Source: Hyphochytrium catenoides (Eukaryota; Protista; Hyphochytriomycota). From it: DNA of 62,217 bases. The position numbers were made by a program, and so were the translations under genes. Positions within the stretch are counted from its first letter, which is position 1, and each line of letters begins with the position of its first letter. The stretch lies in assembly GCA_900088475.1 (NCBI GenBank), contig FLMG01002007.1:1-62217 (forward strand), given 5' to 3'. This document shows positions 53,934 to 62,217 of this stretch, piece by piece. Under the pieces are notes generated by a model. It saw only the letters and a list, made by a program, of their open reading frames with translations. It made no database searches and was not told where the DNA came from.

Positions 53934-55940
53934 CGGCGGATTAGAGGTTCTATTAGCGCTTGCAAAAACACTGCTTAGAGGTAAGACACGTACTCCTTGC
54001 TGCAACAAAGTAGCACCATTCTCAATACATAGCTGACACGAGAGGCCTTTGTAAGACGGTCATCTTCTCGTTCCTCTTCTGCAGGGTCCGAGCCATAACC
54101 GCCGCTGTCAGCGCTAGCTCGTTTCACGTCCTCGTCCCCCTCTGGCTGAGCGTCCGCCACGGGTCGGTCGTCCAGGACGGCTCCGTAGTTTTCAAGAAGT
54201 GAGAGGAAATCCTGCCCATTAAGGTGTTAATAAGGAGATGAAGGTATCGAAGGCGTGGGCCAAAGGGCTCCACCAGGGCAGGCAGGATGTTAAGTACAAA
54301 TGAAGGCATATGAAGTGTAGAACGTCCACCGTTCACAGCGACCTACCTGAAACGAGGGAAGCCAGCCGAGGGGCAGACTTCGCTCCTAGATTCCCAAGTG
54401 ACAGGCAAAGGACAAGATAGAAAAGGGTACTCCAGGTCAGGTCTGTCATTAAAGAAGAGATCGACTTCTCCAACCTGTAGATTTAGCCCTATTTCAATAA
54501 GATAGTTCTCAGGACGCTCACGGAAATGATTAAACTCCATAAGCTGCTCATGGGAGGGAGGTGTCGCCTACAGAGGCACAGCCAAGAGAAAATTGAGATT
54601 AGTTGAACATCTAATCACCAAGAGAGACATATTGTGCACCTACCCCGTTGGCTGCGACGACAAGGAGCTCGAAGTTTTCATAGGCTGAGTCAATGACTCT
54701 CTCATCCGGATGATACGCCACTGAGCCGGGGAGAGAGCAACAAGGCGGTATGTGAGGAAATATAGCAGGTAGAGGTCAGAAAGAGAGGAAGCAAGCAAAA
54801 GAGACGAGAAAGCACCACGGCAGTTGTCGCCAGAGGAGAGTAGCGAAGCCATAGCTATGACTGGAAGCTACCAAGACCGGGATGTCAGGGGGGTCAATCT
54901 CCTACCAAGATTGAAGAGCCATCGCAATATATCGGCCGGGACAGCGGGCTCATCTAGGGCCTGTCTTCGTCCTGAGAAAACCGTTAGACAGCGATTCTTC
55001 CTTGGTGCTCTCTGTCTTCCAACTTTCGTTACCTCTTGCATCAATTAATCGACGAATGATAAGTTTCTGCTTCAGGAGCTTGAGCAACGATTCTGCCGCT
55101 GATGAGAGACAGATGCTGAGTTAGCAGTGCATATGGAGAGAGTAGCGAGAACTCAACCCCTATTATTCGAGGAACAAATCTCAGCGTCTTAAGCGGTCAA
55201 GAGCGGAGCTTCCGGTCAGTAGAGGTGCTTATATGATGTAACGCATGAGAAGCTTAAAATGACAAATTGATGATGAGGAGGAGAGAAAGCTAAGGGAGAG
55301 GACGAGAGGAGATCTAGACAGACGAAGCGAAGGAGTTGTCTTACAGCCATCTGCCATGGCTTCAAAGACTGTTTTGAGAGGATGAGTCCGATGTGCCGCC
55401 TGGAGAGTGAACTTGGGGAGCTTTGGTAGCTGGAAAGAGGAAAAGGTGTCCTAAATATAGGCTGTCCATAGACCTCCACAATCCTTCGTATTGCCCTTAC
55501 ACATACCTTTACCCAGCGGAACGCCCTGATGTGTACTGCTGCTGGGCCTTCCGGTTCTTTATCTTGATTCATCAGCCGCTGGGAGTTTGCGGAGTCGGTG
55601 AGCCACGTCAGCGTGATATATTGAACTGACATCCACTTTCCTACCACAAATTCAGATGCCCTTGCAAAGGACTCCTCATTTTGCTTCGCCTCAACCTCAT
55701 TCTGCGCTTGCAGCTTCTCTCGTTTCTTCTCTCTTTCGGCCACCCGTTTCATAGCCATCGCCTAGCAGCGCGCTGAGTGGTAAACCGCCCACACCATAAA
55801 GGCAGACGCTAGTGTACCTGTTCGCTCAGGAGGCTATCGAGATCCTCAAGCAAGCTTGCTCCTGGAGCTACCTTAGGGGCACTTTCTTCCACGGGCCGTT
55901 TCCTAGACCGCAGCCTATTTCGTCGAGAAAGCAGCGCCAT
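52451..55940 (-). CDS. Multi-exon alpha-helical protein, possible SLF2/FAM178/Nse6-like (SMC5/6 loader)
   Basis: The gene itself is clear from spliced exons starting MALLSRRNRLRSRKRP..SLLEDLDSLLSEQ. The family call rests on remembered resemblance of PADILRWLFNL|VAYHPDERVIDSAYENF, VSYVLRMVLLC and QVVTFLARLLLDKSL..LMLASYSDAEW to the SLF2 C-terminal domain (inference). Confidence 0.5.
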
Positions 55941-56402
55941 GAGCGCAGAGGCTCACAAGAGGGAAGCAACCAACATACCGTCTTTGGCTGGGGGCAGTGA
56001 GTAAGGCATACTCCTCATCTGAACTACCTTCGCCCATAATGCCTACTCCAAAAAGTTTCAAAGCAGGGGAATCTATTGCCCTCCTTGCACCTTGAATGGA
56101 CGGTTGATTCGCAAGCAGCAGGCCTTACGGGTCACCTTACCCATACGTACCCTACCGCACACCGGCTATTCTGCGTAGGAGTGCGATGTTCTCGCCCGCA
56201 ATGGAGCTTTAGTTAGGAGGCAGAGTGCCACCTCTTTCCACTTATTATGATTCTGAACCTCACAGTCCTAGGCTAGACATGCAGAGTCTTTTGCCGGCTA
56301 TGGAGCTCCTTTGCGAGCTTGAAGGATAACGATGAACCTTCTCTCTCAGACTCAAAAAGCGCCACTTTCTGATCTCTTTACGAGTATAAAAAAAATCTCC
56401 TC

Positions 56403-56432
56403 TTTGCGCGAAAAACTTCATTTGGCGCCAAA
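56403..56432. promoter_or_regulatory. Paired E2F-type sites
   Basis: TTTGCGCGAAAA (reverse strand contains TTTCGCGC) at 56403-56414 and palindromic TTTGGCGCCAAA at 56421-56432 match TTTSSCGC. They lie about 470 bp upstream of the SLF2-like ATG. Confidence 0.5.
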
Positions 56433-57046
56433 GCCCCTCACCTAACATCAGTTATCGATTCTCTCTATGAGCCAGTTACTGTAGGGGCCAAACATGTTTC
56501 TCATAGAGAAGCCGCTAACGGCCTTCTTACAGCGACGAAAACGGAGTTTGATGAAGCGGCACAAGCACTTTTCTGCTTTTTCTTGATTATTGGGGATGTG
56601 AGCCTTGAGCTGAGCGAGCCTTGAGACTTGAGATCGGTACTAAGCCGATGGCGCCAGTGATGACGAGGGCTGCTTAGTAAGCAGGAGAAGGACTGGTGCG
56701 GAGAGCAGCGGCTGTCCTCCTCGACGATACCTCTCTTTTCCTTCCGAGCTCCTTGGGATCTAAGCAGATAAAGAGGATTAGAGAGAGCTCTTACGACTGA
56801 AGGCGAGATACGGATGATGGGTGGCTCTGTGTGAAGCTAGAACTACGCTAAATGCAAGATCTAGAATGAGGTTCTCCGATGGAGACCGGGTGCTGGATAG
56901 TAGAGATGCCACGCCAGGTCGATCCCATAAGCTCCCTCTGAGCTTTATCTGAAGTGATTTGGCTGCTTCCTGTTAAGCAATGGTCTGTCCACTTAAATGT
57001 CGCCTCACCAGACTAAACAGCAACTAAATTTGACGTCCACAAATGT

Positions 57047-59835
57047 ATGCAGGAAGGAAAAGCGAGCTCTCCTGAGACGGGGAAAGGAGAGAAGGATTTG
57101 GACAAGCAGAGCAAGGATACGCCCGCGACCTCTCCCATAAGGGTTGGTGTCTCTTCCGCGCTGATATTGAGTTAGTATGGCGCTAGCTTACACCTCAACC
57201 AATCTACAGGGCCAGCTGCTAGTAGATCAGCCATTTGATGAGGCTTTAGAGGCTAGCACCAGCCTGTCCATTGATGAAGGTTCCCCATTGCGTGGCGGGT
57301 CTCCTACACTCAGCAAGGTATCTACTATGAGTTTAGTCGTGTTGCTCTGGATCATTATCTTTCATCATCCGCACCTTCCTCTCCTGCCCCATCTCCTTTG
57401 CCGCTCCCTTCCACTTATTGTTTGACCCCTAACCTGTGCGCTAAAGAAACAGAGCGGAACTCGATCTGCATTAAGTCCCTCACGTCTGGAGTCGGATGAC
57501 GAGTCTGAACTCAGGTAAGGCGGAAAGAGAACATGATCCGCATTCATACGAGCTGACCGATTCTTTCGTGAAGCTTGAGCTTATCGCCCGCAAGGGGAAA
57601 AGGAGGGCAAAATGGTGCGTCCTGTGAGTCTCTTGAGGGTGGATATGCTTGAAGACATTGTTGTCACCTGTGTTCCCGTCCGCTTCTATTCTTGCCCCTG
57701 TCCTTTCCGTCGTACATGTCTCTTAGTCTTTCTTGCTCGTTCGGTCTCTATCGTTCGTCTTGTTCTCTCCTCTAGTCTTGTTCTCTCCTCTAGATAATGT
57801 CTCTCTTCTCCGCCTTGTCTGGTCCTAGCGCTCTTCGCCTCCTGGTTTGAACAGTTAAACCTCTACACCTAGCAGTGAGGTGACTGGTCTAATTCCAGTC
57901 TTTCCTTTCATCCTTTCTTCAGTCTTGGCCAACTCATTTGATTCTGGGCGACTGTCTCCGGATCACGAGATCCCTGGAATGGAGAGCGAAGAGGTCTCTG
58001 CGAACTCCTTGTCTGTGCGGTTTCTCTTTCTGTGCCATTAATGAACGGCTAACGGTGTGGTGTCACAGCTTGGGACCCGGAAAGAGATCGAACCTGGCCC
58101 GGAACAGAAACAACAAGGGAAAGGCTCAGCCGCAGTCAGTAAGGTCAGAAAGCTGAAAGCTACGACAGAAGGACAAGGAATGAGTGTTTGAGACTGAGAG
58201 AAAGCAGCAGAGAGCAGGATGTGAGCTTGGGCGAGAGCCAGCGAGCCATTTTGACGATGATGTGCATAGGACAAACTGACTATGGACGATGGCAAAGCTA
58301 TGGCCCGGCCAGAACCAAAGCCTCCAAAGCCATCAGCGGCTGGCAACAAGCCGACAAAGACTGAAGAATCTTCATCTTCTGGTGAGGAGGATGAGGAAGG
58401 AGTAGAGGAAGAAAGGTAACTTCTTCCCAGTGAACAGACGTACAAAACTTACTGATAAGCTGGCTCTGTCTCTCATAAACTGACAATAAAGTTCTGAGGA
58501 GGAAGGGGAAGAAGAGGAAGAGCTAGCCGTGCCGCCGGACGTCAAGAAACTCTTAGAGTTTGTCTCTACATTTAAACCGCAACAGATAGAGCTTTCTGCC
58601 CCACTCAAGCCCTTCATACCTTCCTATGTCCCAAGCATAGGAGAGATAGATCCACAGCTAAAGGTAAGCACTCTACTTTACGCTGGTCTTCCCTTTACCT
58701 TTACCCTTACATTGGATAGATCACCTTGGCTGCCCATCTTCATCGTCGCTGAGGTCCTGTATGGACTTGCTATTGAATTTTACCTGCTTGTCCGCATCTC
58801 TTCCTACCTTTTATAAGTCCTTCGTACCAAGAAAGATCACCAAGAAACTGATTGCAGGTTCCGAGACCTGACAAGAGTGAAGAGCCTCTGAGCACTAAGG
58901 TCCTTGACGAGCCAGCTACAATCCAGTCAGACCCTGCAGGTAAGTGGCGGAGGAAAGAGACAAACTAAGCTGGAAGAGACTTACAAGAAGCGGAAGAAGC
59001 CTTGAAACCAATCTTTCCTGTCAAGTAACTTACCTCTGTGCTGTCAGTGGTGGAGTTGATGCTGCGGTCGGTCTCTAAATCGAAGTCACGCCTGGAGGGA
59101 CTGGTAGTCCCGTCCATAGAGGATGCTGAGAAGAATCCAAGGGAAATAGAGAGATGGATTAAGAGTTTAGAAGAAATTCACAAGAACAAGCCACCTTGTG
59201 AGGTCAGTCAAGCTATCTCTTCTGTCGCATCTGACCACCAAATGCTCTTGGCTTGCTGTTCACGATCGGTTCCTACGTCCAGCTATTACTCCTATCACTT
59301 CCCCAGCAATCCTCGTCTCTCGTTTAGCATGTTTCGCTAGCTGGTACTATCATGGCGGTTAGCGACAAGGAGCTTAGCCGCTTCTTTTAGGTCCACTTTA
59401 CTCGAGCAATGCCAAGCATTGATGAACTGATGCAAGTCTGGCCTGAGGAGATGGAATCGGAGCTATCAAAGGTCGAGAGCCATCACCTACTTTTCCTCTT
59501 TTCTTCCACTTTTGCTGACCCGGGATCTTGCCAGGCCTCCTGTTCCCTCTCCTTTCTGCGTGCTCTCTTACCTCCCTCAATTTCTGTTTTAACATTGATA
59601 TTCTTTCTTATCCGCCCCCTCTCCTTGGCAGGTGGCTCTGCCAAACTTTGACCAGATTGAGCTGTCTCTCAACGAGATGAGCAGAGTTATCTGCTCTCTA
59701 CTGGACATTCCCATCTACCCGCAGTCTACAATCCAGTCTCTCTTCCTTCTCTTTTCACTCTACGACGCCTTCAGATCCAACCAGCACTTTGCTAGAAACC
59801 TAGAGGGCCCAGAGACAGAAAATGCGCGTAACTAG
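57047..59835 (+). CDS. IFT46: Intraflagellar transport protein 46
   Basis: LLVDQPFDEALE; VPPDVKKLLEFVSTFKPQQIELSAPLKPFIPSYVPSIGEIDPQLK|VPRPD..VLDEPATIQSDPAV; SIEDAEKNPREIERWIKSL; MPSIDELMQVWPEEME; ICSLLDIPIY..IQSLFLLFSLYDAFRSNQHF. Start uncertain (57047, or 56906 with an extra exon). Confidence 0.93.
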
Positions 59836-60242
59836 GGAAGAAAGGAAGAACCTAGTGCCATCAGGAGGAAAATCGAGCTAGAGAGCGCAGGCAACGAGCG
59901 AGAGAGGAAAGGGGGAGAGTCCACCGCAAGAGTGAGATACGTTGCTCTCTTCCGGCTCTTAAAAGGCCATATCGTTTAGCAAATGGAAAGACTGGGGAAG
60001 GTTGCCATTATGTATGAGGAGCACGGCACCTTCAGAAAGGACAGTTGCAGCTCTTAGCGGAGAATGGGGAAAGTCTCCCTTTCTCTTTTTCTTTCTTTCT
60101 CCCTCCCTCTCTCTGTGTCTCTCTCTTTCTGTGCCTCTCTTGCCAAGCTCTCACCACCACTTAAGGCTATATTGAAAGGGGGAAACGCCTCATTTAAGTG
60201 TTTGCTTTCCCTCTTGCTCTACCTCTTTTTCTCCCCATAAAA

Positions 60243-60918
60243 TCATTTCTTGCCCATCATCCTCTGCATCTCCTTCTGATAGCGGAGCATCTGAATAAAT
60301 ATATCATAGTCGGATGTAGAAAGCAAGATCTTGGCAAAGAACGCCTCCTCCGACTCTGGATCAGCATCGATGGCCTGGAAATGGGAGAGAGCAAGATGAT
60401 GGAGAAGAGCGCAGCGTGTAAAGATAGGCAAGCGCAGGTAAGGGAACAGTAGATAGAGTGATGGATGGCTAGCCCGAGCCAGAGTTGAGAGAGACATATG
60501 AATTGTTGGAGAGAAAGTGGTTCAAGAGACAACCCTGAAGGTAAAGGTATATGAAAGTCTCTGAGTCCCCAGTTGGAAAGAAAGGGATCATGGATGCATC
60601 CTTAGCCTCTCGGTACCTTTCGCAATTGCTCATAAAATTCTACAGGGGACGAGTCTTGCTCCTTGATGAACTCTGGAGAGAGAGAGAGAGAGAGAGCACG
60701 AGAGAACAAGAGAGAAAGAAAAAAGAGAGAGGATATTGAAGGTCAGTCTGTGGGAGAGGGAGGCCCTCCTCGCCTATCCAGGGCACTACCCCTGTCTCTC
60801 TTCCATCTCTATTCTTCCGTGTGGTTGCTTCTATCCCTTCTTTTCCTTCTCTCGCCTCCCTGCCGCTCTCTACTCGTCCCCTTAGTGGTGTTTCCTGCTT
60901 CTGAGACTATCTCTTTCT

Positions 60919-60951
<33 letters not shown>

Positions 60952-61606
60952 CAGAACTGGAGAGAGAGAGAAGAGAGACAGCTCTCTTAGCAAGATGCCT
61001 GATTGCCGGCAGCCCCTTTCCGCTTGGTGGACCGAGAGGTACAGACCTTCAAGCTCGTCCTCGAATAACTTGCAGAACTCTTCGTAGAGCTGTGTATACC
61101 TACAGTTCGAGACAGACAGAGAGGGGAGAGACAGAGAGTGAGGTCCTACCCCAGGCAGAGAGGGAAAGAAAGAGAGTGTCGCAACGGGCAGAGAGAGAGA
61201 GAGAAAGACAAAGACCGAGAGAGAAAAAGAGAGAGACTGAGAAAGAGAAAGACAGACAGACAGAGAGAGAGAGAAGAGAGAGAGAGAAGAGAGAGAGAGA
61301 GNNNNNNNNNNNNNNTGTGCTCCTCAGCGTCCAAGTCCACGGCGTCACAGTGCTCGTCCGCCCACTTTTCGAACTTGTCGGAGAAGGAGCTGCTGGCAAA
61401 GAAGAAGTTCCTGACCTACTGGGAACCGGCCAGAAGGTGGGAGAGAGCACATGCGGAAGCGTCTGGTGACCTCTTGGAAGAAAAAAGTGAAACGAGAGAC
61501 AGAGAGAGAGAGAGAGAGACAGCGAGAACGAGAGAGAGAGAGAGAGAGAGAGANNNNNNNNNNNNNNNNNNNNNNNNNNNNNNNNNNNNNNNNNNNNNNN
61601 NNNNNN

Positions 61607-61638
<32 letters not shown>

Positions 61639-61765
61639 AGGGAGAGTAAGGAGAAGAGAAGGGGAAGAGACATACCGAGAGAAAACGAAGAAAGAAAAGC
61701 AAGACCGAGAGAAGAAGAGCAGAGAAAGCCAAATAGAAGGATGTAAATCTACATGGAGAAGTAGA

Positions 61766-61801
<36 letters not shown>

Positions 61802-61840
61802 CAGTACCTTTTGAACTATAGTTTCCTCGTCGGCGGGCAT
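60243..61840 (-). CDS. BART domain protein (ARL2BP/CFAP36 family)
   Basis: MPADEETIVQK|VRNFFFASSSFSDKFEKWADEHCDAVDLDAEEH(gap)|YTQLYEEFCKLFEDELE|EFIKEQDSSPVEFYEQLRK|AIDADPESEEAFFAKILLSTSDYDIFIQML matches the BART pattern (EEH.LEYT..Y.EF..L.E, DY..F..MM). Confidence 0.85.
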
Positions 61841-62217
61841 GGCTCTTACTTGCTTCTTATAGCTGCTGCGGCGGCTTGGCGAGCTCAAGGTCGACACGGT
61901 GACAGAGAGAATCAGCTGCAGCTTCAGATCTGGCGATGGAGAAACTTAGAAGAAAGTGACCTAAGGATCGTGCTGTCAGGAGCGGCGTGGAGGTTTATAA
62001 AAGAGGCAATCGTTAGACCTTCTCGTCTCTTGTCTCCAGACTTTGGAGGAGAGCGGCAGGACGTCGGTGGCAAGGAGAGAGAGAGTGACTAGATTGAAGA
62101 AAAGAGACAGTGCAGAGGTGAAAAGACAGAGACAGAAAGGGAGAAAGAAGGAGAGAGAAGGAGAGAGAAGGAAAGGTAAGAGAGAGGAAGTGGAGAGAGA
62201 GAGAGAGAGAGAGAGAG
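61190..62217. repeat. (AG)n microsatellite-rich introns and flank with N gaps
   Basis: Multiple GA runs and gaps at 61302 and 61554. Confidence 0.85.

Overview
Eukaryotic, intron-rich, gene-dense genomic window with many (AG/CT)n microsatellites and small N gaps. It probably comes from a flagellated protist; a stramenopile origin is an inference only. Most ORFs in the supplied track are microsatellite artefacts or exon fragments. Manual splicing supports about 13 genes, in order: a partial minus-strand orphan; a putatively N-myristoylated protein with two PhoD-like domains lacking their metal ligands; a small ubiquitin-like ORF; RWDD1/GIR2; a Pro/Gly-rich + C2 + six-EF-hand protein; a SHAQKYF-class Myb factor; CDC5L; a fused double ATP-grasp (L-amino-acid-ligase-like) enzyme; a P4-ATPase flippase; a coiled-coil/TM orphan; a possible SLF2/Nse6-like protein with E2F sites upstream; IFT46; and a BART-domain protein. 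The best leads are a frame-required 2-nt microexon leading into nine phase-symmetric Pro/Gly exons, the tandem ATP-grasp ligase, the tandem PhoD pseudo-phosphatase, and a TAG/CTA bias suggesting CWG-context C-to-T decay. All exon structures are hand-inferred and not supported by transcript data.
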